This document shows positions 51,715 to 61,751 of a DNA stretch of 64,000 bases, in pieces. The stretch lies in contig CALZJE010000003.1 of assembly GCA_945787715.1 (NCBI GenBank), positions 6,088 through 70,087 of the forward strand, read 5' to 3'. The notes under the pieces are model-generated. The model had not been told where the DNA came from. It made no database searches and was given only the letters and a program-made list of their open reading frames with translations. A program made the position numbers and the translations under genes. The stretch comes from an uncultured Ectothiorhodospiraceae bacterium. GTDB taxonomy: Bacteria > Pseudomonadota > Gammaproteobacteria > S012-40. Position 1 is the stretch's first letter. Each line of letters starts with the position of its first letter.

Positions 51715-53040
51715 TTACAGTGTGGCACACAGTTGTGGGTCAAACGGTGGTTCACAATCTGTGCAGCTTAGACTGTTCCATCTCTTTTTCTTGCCATTAC
51801 GGGTTAGGTTGTCGACCCAGTTTGTAAATCGTACGCCCTCTGCACTGTTCTCAGTGTAATAAAAGTTCTTAGTGAATGCATCGGTCAACACCGTATGGTC
51901 CATACCTTTACCGATGTAGTATCGATAATTTGATGCAGATGCTGTGAGCGAGAAGGATTTTTCCATACGCGCGTTCCATTCACAAAATGTCTTGTTCGAA
52001 ATATTCTTCCAAAAACTGGGATTGTCTGGATTGTTCATAATGTTAAGAAACTGCACCTGGACCGAATCCCATGCAGTGGAATATTGCGCAATACGAACTT
52101 TGTAGTTATTAGCAATGCTGGTCATTATTGTTCTGTTAAATGTTAGCGCGTTAAAATTACCGAATTGCTCAAAGCCTGTTACCCAAATTGGAAATGTATT
52201 TTCTGTCCCCCAATTGCTACCCGTCGAAAATATAGAATCAATAAAATCCTGAGTCAATACCCAGGCAGAACCATCAGAAATCAACGCGTGTTTTGCTTTA
52301 GGAAAAGCTCTTTCCAGATAGGGGAAGTTTAGAGTAGCACCGTAGCTGCCAGCGCTGGTGCCAGCGACAAGTAAGTGTTTTAGAGATGACTTTTTCCTAC
52401 GTGATGAGAATTTTTTCTTTGCCCAATCACGAACCGCTAAAAAATTATCAAATCCTCGATGTTGAACCATTACAGGTGCCCCTGGAATGCCCGATATTAG
52501 ACCAAGCTGATCTTGATAAATTGTATTTTTACTTCCAATGTGAATATCGCCTGTACAGTTAGGGATGAAAATCATACTCCAATTGCGGTAGGGATTTTCA
52601 CGGCGAGTTGAATCCAATATGCCGCCAGCATTTGGTGAATTGTCAGTTAATAGGTTTGGATTATAAATTGGATTATCCACATTACTCAGAGAAGTTAAGC
52701 AAGTGTGATCATTCCAACAGGCGCCGCCGCCATTAAAAAAGACTAGCAATTTATCCTTTTTACCTTGTTTGAAAAAAAAGTGGTAAGCATGCTCTTCATT
52801 CAGTGGTTGAGAGGGATCTGCTGAGTCATATCCAAATGCACAACCGGGAGAAATATCTTTTTTGTTGCCATCATCATCGATTATTTGCATATGAGCAGGC
52901 ACGTCAATTTGTTGCCAATTAGTGTTTTTTTGTGGCTTATGTTTATATTTATTTTCCTTTGATGCTATTGCAGGAGTACTCAGTAGTATTGATGCGCATA
53001 TCACTGCACTTAATAGGGTGAATCGCCGATAAAAATTCAT
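51715..53040 (-). CDS. Secreted pectin-acetylesterase-family (PAE/Notum-like) hydrolase
   Basis: Signal peptide. FFNGGGACWNDHTC matches the PAE GGGWC…C motif. GTSAGSYGA matches the GCSAGG nucleophile motif. Confidence 0.5.
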   Translation of the reverse strand: MNFYRRFTLLSAVICASILLSTPAIASKENKYKHKPQKNTNWQQIDVPAHMQIIDDDGNKKDISPGCAFGYDSADPSQPLNEEHAYHFFFKQGKKDKLLVFFNGGGACWNDHTCLTSLSNVDNPIYNPNLLTDNSPNAGGILDSTRRENPYRNWSMIFIPNCTGDIHIGSKNTIYQDQLGLISGIPGAPVMVQHRGFDNFLAVRDWAKKKFSSRRKKSSLKHLLVAGTSAGSYGATLNFPYLERAFPKAKHALISDGSAWVLTQDFIDSIFSTGSNWGTENTFPIWVTGFEQFGNFNALTFNRTIMTSIANNYKVRIAQYSTAWDSVQVQFLNIMNNPDNPSFWKNISNKTFCEWNARMEKSFSLTASASNYRYYIGKGMDHTVLTDAFTKNFYYTENSAEGVRFTNWVDNLTRNGKKKRWNSLSCTDCEPPFDPQLCATL

Positions 53041-53632
53041 TTTAAGTCCTTTTTAGTTTTGCAACTTCCGTATATAACATAATTGTTGATCGCAGCTTTC
53101 TTGCGGATTGTTATATTTTGTTAAAACTTGAAAGCATAGATCTGCACAGTGAATATACCAGATTAAACTAATATTGAACGCCCATTATAATTAAAAGAAA
53201 TTGTTGATAACTATTCAGGCGCCGTTTTTTGTACGTTTTGATTCCAGTTGAGAAAAATGAATATATTTGTGACGGATGATTATATTGGTATTGTTTAAAA
53301 CTGAGTTGCTTTTTTCTACAACTTTCCACAGCATCTACGGAGCTTAATCTAGAGTTGGTGCTTGGCATAAATTGATGATTACATGATGCCGGCTACATTA
53401 GAGGTAATAAAACTGTATCTAAAGGAATTGGACTCAAAGTGAACAGAGCATTAGATATAGTTATTGTTACTAAGTTGAGCATGTTCTAATTGGAAATAAT
53501 GTTTATAGGGAGAAATACAATCAAATATGTGCTAGATATTTTGTTGATTATTAGTTTATCAACTATAGTTATATGCGGGGTTACACTCAACATATGTAAG
53601 CCGCAAACATAGAAGTACCGAAGCTTTTTTAT

Positions 53633-54799
53633 GTGATTAAAAATAGGTATTGGAAAAATTTGTTAAGCTTGAGAAACATGACTATGTTGACTGAAAAATT
53701 ACAAACAAATATAAATTTAACACTAGCCGTATTAATAATCTTGTTTTATGGCGGTGTTGTCGCCGCGCAGCCCTTTAAATTAAATACCATAGCCGAAGGT
53801 TTAGAGCATCCATGGGGAATGGCATTTTTACCTAATGGTGATATGTTGGTGACTGAACGACCTGGCCGTTTACGTTTAATTCGCGATGGTAAGTTGATAA
53901 GGCAAGCGATTGTTGGGTTGCCAAGAATTGAGGCGAATGGCCAAGGTGGTTTGCTTGATGTCGTGTTACATCCAGACTATTTGAAAAATGGTTGGATTTA
54001 TTTTTCCTATGCTGAACCTGGTTCGGGGGGGGTTGGTACTGCGGTGAGCCGTGCACGTTTGAAAGGCCTGCAATTATTGGATGTGGAAAAAATATTTAGC
54101 ATGAATATTAAAAGTGGTGGAGGTCGGCATTTTGGTTCTCGTCTATTGTTCGATCAAAAGAGATATCTTTATATAACTGTCGGTGAACGAGGTGATAAAG
54201 AAAGAGCCCAATTGTTGAATGATCATGCAGGTTCAGTGATACGTCTATACGATGATGGTCGAATTCCAAAGGACAATCCATTTGTTAAACGAGCGGATGT
54301 TAAAGCTGAAATTTATTCCTATGGTCATCGTAATCCACAGGGCATGAGTCTGCATCCACAAACTGGCGATGTGTGGATACATGAACATGGTCCTCAAGGT
54401 GGGGATGAACTAAATCGTATACAATCGGGAAATAATTATGGCTGGCCAGTGATTACTTATGGTGTGAATTATTTTTTTGGTACAAAAATAGGCGAGGGAA
54501 CACATAAAGCTGGCATGGAGCAGCCACTCTATTATTGGGTGCCATCTATCGCACCTTCTGGTATGGCTTTTTATACCGGTGATAAATTTCCCAGATGGAA
54601 AAATAACTTGTTCATCGGTTCATTGAAGTTTCAGTTATTGGTGCGACTAGAGCTACTAGGTGAAAAAGTAGTGAAAGAAGAGCGTCTATTGGAAGGTAAG
54701 CTGGGGCGTATTCGAGATGTACGAACAGGTCCTGATGGTCATCTCTATTTGCTCACCGACGAAAAAAATGGCATGGTCGTTCGCTTGGAGCCATTGTAA
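53633..54799 (+). CDS. PQQ-dependent soluble aldose sugar dehydrogenase (YliI/SGDH family)
   Basis: Beta-propeller dehydrogenase motifs (PWGMAFLPNGDMLVTERPGRLRLI…GLLDVVLHPDY). The start is probably 53681 or 53687 (signal peptide). Confidence 0.75.
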   Translation: MIKNRYWKNLLSLRNMTMLTEKLQTNINLTLAVLIILFYGGVVAAQPFKLNTIAEGLEHPWGMAFLPNGDMLVTERPGRLRLIRDGKLIRQAIVGLPRIEANGQGGLLDVVLHPDYLKNGWIYFSYAEPGSGGVGTAVSRARLKGLQLLDVEKIFSMNIKSGGGRHFGSRLLFDQKRYLYITVGERGDKERAQLLNDHAGSVIRLYDDGRIPKDNPFVKRADVKAEIYSYGHRNPQGMSLHPQTGDVWIHEHGPQGGDELNRIQSGNNYGWPVITYGVNYFFGTKIGEGTHKAGMEQPLYYWVPSIAPSGMAFYTGDKFPRWKNNLFIGSLKFQLLVRLELLGEKVVKEERLLEGKLGRIRDVRTGPDGHLYLLTDEKNGMVVRLEPL

Positions 54800-55048
54800 G
54801 ATATTTTTTTTCCATTCTCATAATTTTTCTTTCGCTTATTATATTTTTAATTGAAGAAAACCCAAATTTGGTTTGAATTTGGGGGATAAGATTTTCTAAT
54901 TTTTTTTGACTTCATGCAGAAAGACAAAAGACTTTGTAAGTATCAGGTTCGCATTGAGCGAATTATTTAATGTATTGAAGATAACTTTAACAAAAGAACT
55001 TCGCTTAAGGAAGTTGCTGAAGCCTTAATTTTTGGAGGGTGAAATCGT

Positions 55049-55729
55049 GTGATGAAAAAACTGTTAATTATAATTAATTTGTTGATACTCTCAGCCTGTT
55101 CATCGGAACCCTATGTTATTAAACCTATTGAAAGGGATAGTTCACCTAAGCACTCGGCAATATTCGTCGTTAGCCATGACTGGCATACTGGATTTGTCAT
55201 TCCCGCTGAGGATATCCAATTATATATTCCTGAGTTGCGAGAAAGGTATGGAGATACACCCTATATTGAGTTTGGTTGGGGAGATAAAGGTTTTTATCAA
55301 GCAAAAGAAATAACCGCGGGATTGGTACTAAGAGCAGTATTTTGGCCAACAGAATCAGTTATTCATTCAGTAGCTGTGCCTGAAAAAGTTGAAAGATATT
55401 TTAAAAATAGTCTAGTCGAGAAAATATGCCTTAATAGTAGTAGCTTCACTTCACTATTGCATTTTATTTCTAATAGCTTTTATAAAAAAGAAAAAAATAG
55501 AGTGTTGGAGCTTGAAACTGGGATATATGGGAATAGCCAATTTTATAAGGGAACTGGTGATTATTATCTAATGAATACCTGCAATAAATGGACAGCCAAA
55601 GGCTTAAGTAGTGCGGGGTTTGACATATCACCGACACTCAATCTAACAGCTAGCAGTGTTATGAATTTTATCGTGTTGCATAATCAAAAACAAAAAAATA
55701 CATTGAGTAATGGGATTGTGTCTTGCTAA
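55049..55729 (+). CDS. Hypothetical lipoprotein
   Basis: Lipobox LILSACSS, 226 aa. No confident family. Confidence 0.4.
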   Translation: MMKKLLIIINLLILSACSSEPYVIKPIERDSSPKHSAIFVVSHDWHTGFVIPAEDIQLYIPELRERYGDTPYIEFGWGDKGFYQAKEITAGLVLRAVFWPTESVIHSVAVPEKVERYFKNSLVEKICLNSSSFTSLLHFISNSFYKKEKNRVLELETGIYGNSQFYKGTGDYYLMNTCNKWTAKGLSSAGFDISPTLNLTASSVMNFIVLHNQKQKNTLSNGIVSC

Positions 55730-55774
55730 TCAAATGCTTATTCTAGGGTTATCGTGTAGTATTTTTTGGAATAA

Positions 55775-57217
55775 TTAGTGAGAAAAAACCAACGGTAGAA
55801 ATTTAAGAATGAAAAACGTTATTAGTACACTTCCAACTATATTCAATAAAAATCCTGTTTTTGCCATCTGCTGTATAGTTACATAACGACTACTGTATAC
55901 AATTGCATTTGGGGGTGTTGCTACAGGTAACATAAATGCAAATGATGCGGAGATCGCAACAGTAGCCATGAGGTACATAGGTGGCAATTGCATGACTTCT
56001 GATAATGCAATCATTACCGGTATTAGTATGCTTGCAGTTGCGGTGTTGGATGTAATTTCAGTGAGAAAGATAATTAAGAGCGACAAAGCGAATATAATAA
56101 TTAAAATATTCACACCTTCAAGGAAATTTAGCTGACTTCCAATCCAGATTGTTAAACCTGATTCGCTAAAACCTGAAGCGAGTGCAAATCCACCACCAAA
56201 TAGAATCAAAATATCCCACGGCAGTTTTTTTGTTGTTTCCCAATCCATTAGCCGTGTTGAGCCATTCTTGGCGGGAATCATAAATAAAAGTATTGCACCA
56301 ATGATGGCGATTGTGGAGTCTTTAATCTGCCTAAAAATTTCAATGTCGATTAAACCACGGGCGATCCACCCAACAGCAACCAGAAAAAATACGATAAGTA
56401 CTTTTTTCTCTTCAGTGGTTAATTGCCCTAGCTTAGCAAGTTCATCTTTGATCAGAGTTTTATCAAAGGTATTTAATGATGAGTGTTCTTTCTTTTGTTG
56501 ATAGCTTAGGTAGATCCAAACAATAGCGAGAAAGATACATGAAAGAGGAAGTGCAAAGGTTAGCCAATCAAAAAAGCTGATGCTTGTATCGAGTTGTTGC
56601 TCCAGAATGCCTGCTAAGATAGCATTTGGTGGAGTACCAATTAATGTCGCAACGCCACCAATTGATGCTGAATAAGCAACGCCTAACATTAGTGTCATGC
56701 CAAAAATAGATTCTCTTGAGTCGTCAATTTTTTTGATAACAGCAATTGCAATGGGTATCATCATAAGTGTTGTGGCCGTGTTTGATATCCACATTGACAA
56801 ACACGCAGTGGCTAACATAAACCCCAGAAGTATTTTTTTATGACTACTACCCACAATAAGAATAGTTTGAAGCGCAATACGTTTGTGTAGATTCCAACGC
56901 TCGATACAGAGCGCGATAATAAATCCGCCGAGAAAAAGAAAGATAATGTGATTTGAATACGCACTAGTGACATTATTAACATTCATCACATCAAGCGTTG
57001 GAAATAAGGCAATGGGTAGTAAAGCAGTGATGGGGATAGGTATAGCTTCAGTAATCCACCAAGTAGCCATAAGTGCAGCAATTGCGCTAACACTTAAAGC
57101 TGCAGGATTCATTGAATGCTGAAGTGGAAGGAATAGAATTAGCAGAAATAGCAAGAGTCCGCCAAAAAAACCCAGGTTTTGTCGCGATAGGATAATCTGT
57201 GGAAAGTGTTTGCCCAT
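55775..57217 (-). CDS. SLC13/DASS family anion:sodium symporter
   Basis: 480-aa polytopic membrane protein with a repeated hairpin architecture typical of DASS permeases. Confidence 0.6.
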   Translation of the reverse strand: MGKHFPQIILSRQNLGFFGGLLLFLLILFLPLQHSMNPAALSVSAIAALMATWWITEAIPIPITALLPIALFPTLDVMNVNNVTSAYSNHIIFLFLGGFIIALCIERWNLHKRIALQTILIVGSSHKKILLGFMLATACLSMWISNTATTLMMIPIAIAVIKKIDDSRESIFGMTLMLGVAYSASIGGVATLIGTPPNAILAGILEQQLDTSISFFDWLTFALPLSCIFLAIVWIYLSYQQKKEHSSLNTFDKTLIKDELAKLGQLTTEEKKVLIVFFLVAVGWIARGLIDIEIFRQIKDSTIAIIGAILLFMIPAKNGSTRLMDWETTKKLPWDILILFGGGFALASGFSESGLTIWIGSQLNFLEGVNILIIIFALSLLIIFLTEITSNTATASILIPVMIALSEVMQLPPMYLMATVAISASFAFMLPVATPPNAIVYSSRYVTIQQMAKTGFLLNIVGSVLITFFILKFLPLVFSH

Positions 57218-57280
57218 CGCTATCTCTTTTCAATTGCTAACTCAAAACTCGCGTCGTTATTGAGTGTCATAATGTAAATA

Positions 57281-57631
57281 TTATTCAAATGCTAAGTAAA
57301 CTTTATCTTCTTCAATGCTGACACCATAAGTTTTTAGATCTTTTTGACTTCTGATGAAGTTTAGTGCCTGTATGCCTGGTGGAAAGTTTGCCCACAACTC
57401 GGCTTTACCAGTTTTAATATCAAATTCAGCGCGATGGAATTTACATTGAATACGGCAATTATCAATTATTTGTCCTTTTTCAAGAGGTGCGGATAAATGA
57501 GGGCATTTTGATTGTGTTGCAAAAAAACCATCGTCTAAATGAAATAGAATAATTTTTTCATTGTTGACGATAAAAGACTTCATTTCACCAGCTGCTAACG
57601 CTGTGGTATCGCACACATACTCTTTACTCAT
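57281..57631 (-). CDS. Rieske [2Fe-2S] domain protein (NirD-like small ferredoxin)
   Basis: CPH…(17)…CKFH Rieske ligands (CPHLSAPL, CKFHRAEF), 116 aa. Confidence 0.75.
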   Translation of the reverse strand: MSKEYVCDTTALAAGEMKSFIVNNEKIILFHLDDGFFATQSKCPHLSAPLEKGQIIDNCRIQCKFHRAEFDIKTGKAELWANFPPGIQALNFIRSQKDLKTYGVSIEEDKVYLAFE

Positions 57632-57663
57632 TTCCGCTTCCTCTTAATTTTTCTAGGTTTAGG

Positions 57664-60591
57664 CTATATATAGTCATTCAACTCGGTCGGATAGTCATGT
57701 TTTAGTGCTGCAATCGCTTTTTCTCGACGCTCTTTTAAAACGGACAGACGTTCATTTGATACTGGTCCGGTACAAAGCCAATTTGCTTCTGTTTCCAGAA
57801 ATTCTTCCCAGGTGCCCTTCTCTTCATGATTTTGAAGTTTTTTTGATAAACGCTGTGCTTGAATCTTTAAACGATCTTCGGCGCTATCCTGTGGTGTTTC
57901 AATATCAGCCAATACTTCTAACTGGGTTGTGGTCATTTTTAAGTTTTCGTAATTTTGTTCAAGAATATCTGTACTATTATTTAACAACAGTTGGTTCAAC
58001 TGATTTATTCGATGTTCGAGCTTCTTCTGCCAGTCGGATTCGCTTATTTGCTCCGCTTGACTTAATTTAGCAATAATTGCGTCCACTTCTTCTTTCGCTT
58101 TATTTTGTTCAATAGCCAGTTCAGCAGTTTCACATAACATAGCAGATTCTTTAAGTGCTTTTAGTATTGAAAGTTTTTCTAACTTGCCGACGGATTCCAG
58201 CTTTCGTTCAAAAATATCTATGGCATCATTGACGCGTTTTTTGAGCTCTTTTTCCTTGTCCTTCACATTAGTAGATATGGATTGAAATTCTGCTTTAAGT
58301 TTTTGGAAAGAGGATTTTACTTCATCAATTTCTTCAACTGATTTTTGTGCCAACTGTTCAATCTGCTGACAAAGCATCTCTTTGTTGTTTATTGTTTCTG
58401 CTGCTTGTTGTTCTTTTTTCTCTTGCTCTTCATGACGCCGCGTAAAAACTTTATCACAAGCCTGTTTGAAAATTGTCCAAAGTTCGCGTTCTTTTTTAGG
58501 TTCGATTCGACCAGCATTTTTCCACGAAGTTTGTAATTCCTTCGCTTTTGAAATTGCCGTTCTTAAGTCTTCTATAGAAGTGAGTTCATTTGCGGCGTTA
58601 ATTAAGTCTTGCTTGGCATCGAAGTTTCGAGCCCACTCTTCTTTGAGTTTATCTCGCAAAGTGTTGTACGCAGTGTAAAATCGCTTGTTGAGCTCTTTTC
58701 TTTTTTCGTGATCGGTTTGTCCGAGTGATTGCCACTCACCTTTTGCTTGCCGGTGAAGTTGTTCAACTTTTTTCCAATCAATAGTTTCCCAATTAGTAAT
58801 CTTGATGAATTGTTCAAAATTTTCAAGAAACTCAACACGGCTCTGATAATTTTTCTCTCGAATTTCGGACTCTTTTTCAAAATATGCTTTGCAGGGTTCA
58901 TAGGCCTTATCACAGACTTCTTGAAATTTTTCCCACAATTCTTGAGATGTCTCCTTTTCCGAGGCACCGAGATTTTTCCACTCTTTTCTAGATTGGCTAA
59001 CAATAAATGCGATCTCTTTTGGATCATCATTGCTGTCGATCAGTGTTTCAACTTTAGCGATTAATGCTTCCTTCTGAGGGGTATTTGCCCAACTTTTCCA
59101 GTTGTTTAACTCATCAATTTTTGCCGATGCAATCGATAGATGGTTTTTATATTTTTGAAGACCTTTGACATTTAGCTTTTCGAGCTTTTTTAAAACTCCT
59201 TGCACATTTCTCTTGATACTAATGGCATCTTTAAGAATGCCCTGTTCCAAGGCTTCATTCAGTTTAGGAAGTTTATCTTTAACTTCGTCAATGAGCTTAC
59301 TGATGCTTTGCTCTTTTTCTTCAAGTTTGTTGATGGCTTTATTGATTTTATTACTGATTCTATTTTTTGCATTAAGCGCATCGGTGGATAAGTGACCGAT
59401 GCTCAGTGTCGTGAGTTGTTTTTGAGAATTTTGAATGTTGCTTTCAGTGATTCTTGCGATACTACTTAATGCACGATCGACATTTTTTTCGAGTGTAATT
59501 AGTTCGCTTAGCTGTGATTTTTCACTTTCAGCAGTTTTGATGATTGTTTTGATGGATCTAGAAATATCATTGAACTGCGTAGTAAGTTCAGTCTCCAGCT
59601 CAGAGGGGAGTTGTTGAATTGAGTGCCAGAGTCTTTCTTTCTCGCGGATAATTTCTTTGTGAGAATTTATCTCTTCATCGTTAAAATTGGGATTTTCTCC
59701 AAATGAGGCAAGTAAACTACTTAACTCAGAAATGATATTTTGTTTTTCTTTTTTTATTGGTAAAAGTGCTGCTTCTTGCTTGAGCTGCTCCTCATATCGT
59801 TTAAGGTAATTTTGATAATTTTTGTTAAATTGATTTTTGGCATCTTCAAAACGGTTGAGCAATTCAAGTGTTTGGCCTTCTGAAAGCTCTTGCCACTGAC
59901 TAGATAGATTATCAAATTGAATTTTATCTCTTTCCCAAAGCCCTTTTGTTCCCAATGCTTCCATTTTTGAACAAAGCGTTTTTTGGTCATTTAAGCGTTT
60001 TATCGGCAGCTCTTCTTGCCTAGTAATCTCATCAAGCTTCTCTTTTGCGATACGGCTAACAACTTTATCTTTGGTTTTTGTGGCTTTAAAAATCCTTTCT
60101 AATGTTGATTTTTGTGTTATTTGGCTAATCGCCGTTTTGCGTATTTCCGCATCGTTATCATTTATGGCAAGATTGCCCAGCAATGACTCCCGATTCACTT
60201 TTTTAATAGCGGTTAAACGCAATGCTGGTGTGACGCCTTTTTGAGCGATATATTCCACAACTTTAAGATTATCCAGCTGGGAGACTTTTTCCTGCCGTTG
60301 TTCATTGTTGAGGCTGCCCTCAGCTTCCCCCGATAACATTTGGCATAATATCTTATTGCCCAATTCATTAATCTTATTGTCGCTATCAGCTAGTGCGATT
60401 TTGTTGACAGCTGCCAAGTCGATTAAGCGCTTTAATGCGAGTAATCGTAATTCAGGAGAAGGATCATGAGTTGCAATCTGCATGAATACGTCTTGATGTG
60501 ATTCTTTATCCAGGTGTATCAACGCTTGTTTGCGGATTTCAGGATCACTATTTTTCCATTTTGGCTTGAATAGGTTTTGAAATAATTTCAT
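57664..60591 (-). CDS. DUF349 repeat protein (975 aa)
   Basis: Many repeats of the ~75-aa DUF349 unit (W.N.G…ELW.KF….C…F). Predicted coiled coil. Confidence 0.65.
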   Translation of the reverse strand: MKLFQNLFKPKWKNSDPEIRKQALIHLDKESHQDVFMQIATHDPSPELRLLALKRLIDLAAVNKIALADSDNKINELGNKILCQMLSGEAEGSLNNEQRQEKVSQLDNLKVVEYIAQKGVTPALRLTAIKKVNRESLLGNLAINDNDAEIRKTAISQITQKSTLERIFKATKTKDKVVSRIAKEKLDEITRQEELPIKRLNDQKTLCSKMEALGTKGLWERDKIQFDNLSSQWQELSEGQTLELLNRFEDAKNQFNKNYQNYLKRYEEQLKQEAALLPIKKEKQNIISELSSLLASFGENPNFNDEEINSHKEIIREKERLWHSIQQLPSELETELTTQFNDISRSIKTIIKTAESEKSQLSELITLEKNVDRALSSIARITESNIQNSQKQLTTLSIGHLSTDALNAKNRISNKINKAINKLEEKEQSISKLIDEVKDKLPKLNEALEQGILKDAISIKRNVQGVLKKLEKLNVKGLQKYKNHLSIASAKIDELNNWKSWANTPQKEALIAKVETLIDSNDDPKEIAFIVSQSRKEWKNLGASEKETSQELWEKFQEVCDKAYEPCKAYFEKESEIREKNYQSRVEFLENFEQFIKITNWETIDWKKVEQLHRQAKGEWQSLGQTDHEKRKELNKRFYTAYNTLRDKLKEEWARNFDAKQDLINAANELTSIEDLRTAISKAKELQTSWKNAGRIEPKKERELWTIFKQACDKVFTRRHEEQEKKEQQAAETINNKEMLCQQIEQLAQKSVEEIDEVKSSFQKLKAEFQSISTNVKDKEKELKKRVNDAIDIFERKLESVGKLEKLSILKALKESAMLCETAELAIEQNKAKEEVDAIIAKLSQAEQISESDWQKKLEHRINQLNQLLLNNSTDILEQNYENLKMTTTQLEVLADIETPQDSAEDRLKIQAQRLSKKLQNHEEKGTWEEFLETEANWLCTGPVSNERLSVLKERREKAIAALKHDYPTELNDYI

Positions 60592-60955
60592 TATGATGTC
60601 GCTTAGGTTTGAGGTTGATTATATAGTAAGCAGAACTTTACTCTGATTTACTAAGCCGATACTAAGAAGCCACATAACAGTGGTAGAGTTTTGATGGTGG
60701 TCTTCTGCATCTGATGCGTGCTAAATGTGAGTTGTAGATAATCCATAGATTCATTCCATTGACTCAAGGCTTATGACACACAGTGTTAGTTTGCATGCAC
60801 AAATCCCCATCATCAACTTAATATTATCGGATGACTAATATATAAGTCATAACTCTTGTTTAACCTATTAATCTTTTACAATATTTCCATAACTAAAACA
60901 ATCGCCTGATGCCGTTGTGGACAAAATACATGCATATTGTAAAGTTTATGAAATA

Positions 60956-60977
60956 AATGTCATAGATTTGTAACAAT
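60956..60977 (+). promoter_or_regulatory. Pho box upstream of phoB
   Basis: Two 11-bp direct units aTGTCATAgAT / tTGTAACAaTA, ~50 nt upstream of the phoB start. Confidence 0.5.
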
Positions 60978-61025
60978 AGATCGTTTTAATAACAGCAAAT
61001 TTCCATAATGATTTATGAGTGTGTC

Positions 61026-61715
61026 ATGTCTCTAAAAATATTACTTGTTGAAGATGAAGCGGCAATACGTCAAATGCTGGTTTTCGCGCTACAACAACAG
61101 GGTTTCGAAGTTTTGGAAGCGGGAAATACTCAAATCGCTTTTGAGCTATTAGCCAGTAATGATATTGATTTGTTAATTCTTGACTGGATGTTACCGGGTA
61201 TTAGCGGTGTTGAACTCTGTCGTCGATTGAAAAAAGATACTAGTTCGAAACATATTCCTATCATTATGTTGACTGCGCGTGCTGAAGAAGATGATAAAAT
61301 TCAGGGATTAAATGCCGGCGCTGATGACTATTTAACCAAGCCATTTTCGCCAAGAGAACTTATTGCGCGTATCAATGCGGTTCTACGTCGAGTAAGCTCT
61401 AAGAAGACTGAGGATAGTATTATGGAATTCGGTGGTTTGCAGTTAAATGAAAAAAGTTACCGAGTAACAAGTAATCGCGAACCTCTTCAAATTGGGCCGA
61501 CTGAGTTTAAATTGTTGCATTTTTTTATGTCTAACCCAGATAGAGTCTTTACCCGGGCGCAGCTTTTGGATAATGTGTGGGGCAATGAAGTGTATGTCGA
61601 AGAGAGAACCGTTGATGTGCATATTCGTCGGCTCCGAAAAGCGTTAGAGCAGGGGCATCATGATCATATGATTCAAACCGTACGTGGTGCAGGTTACCGC
61701 TTTTCATTGAACTAA
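61026..61715 (+). CDS. phoB: Phosphate regulon response regulator PhoB (OmpR family)
   Basis: Receiver domain plus winged helix. Start at MSLKILLVEDE (the ORF track starts at 61008). Followed by phoR and pstS. Confidence 0.85.
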   Translation: MSLKILLVEDEAAIRQMLVFALQQQGFEVLEAGNTQIAFELLASNDIDLLILDWMLPGISGVELCRRLKKDTSSKHIPIIMLTARAEEDDKIQGLNAGADDYLTKPFSPRELIARINAVLRRVSSKKTEDSIMEFGGLQLNEKSYRVTSNREPLQIGPTEFKLLHFFMSNPDRVFTRAQLLDNVWGNEVYVEERTVDVHIRRLRKALEQGHHDHMIQTVRGAGYRFSLN

Positions 61716-61751
61716 CATTCGGCAAAGTCCAGGCCACTAAATAAATCTATT

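Noticed and set aside
53168-53368. 66-aa minus-strand ORF in the intergenic region before the sugar dehydrogenase gene.
   Set aside because: No RBS and no recognisable family. It sits in a promoter-like AT-rich region.
54862-54884. CCCAAATT-TGGTTTG-AATTTGGG hairpin after the dehydrogenase gene as a terminator.
   Set aside because: It is preceded by a poly-A run but lacks a following U-tract on the plus strand. It is plausible but weak, so not listed as a feature.
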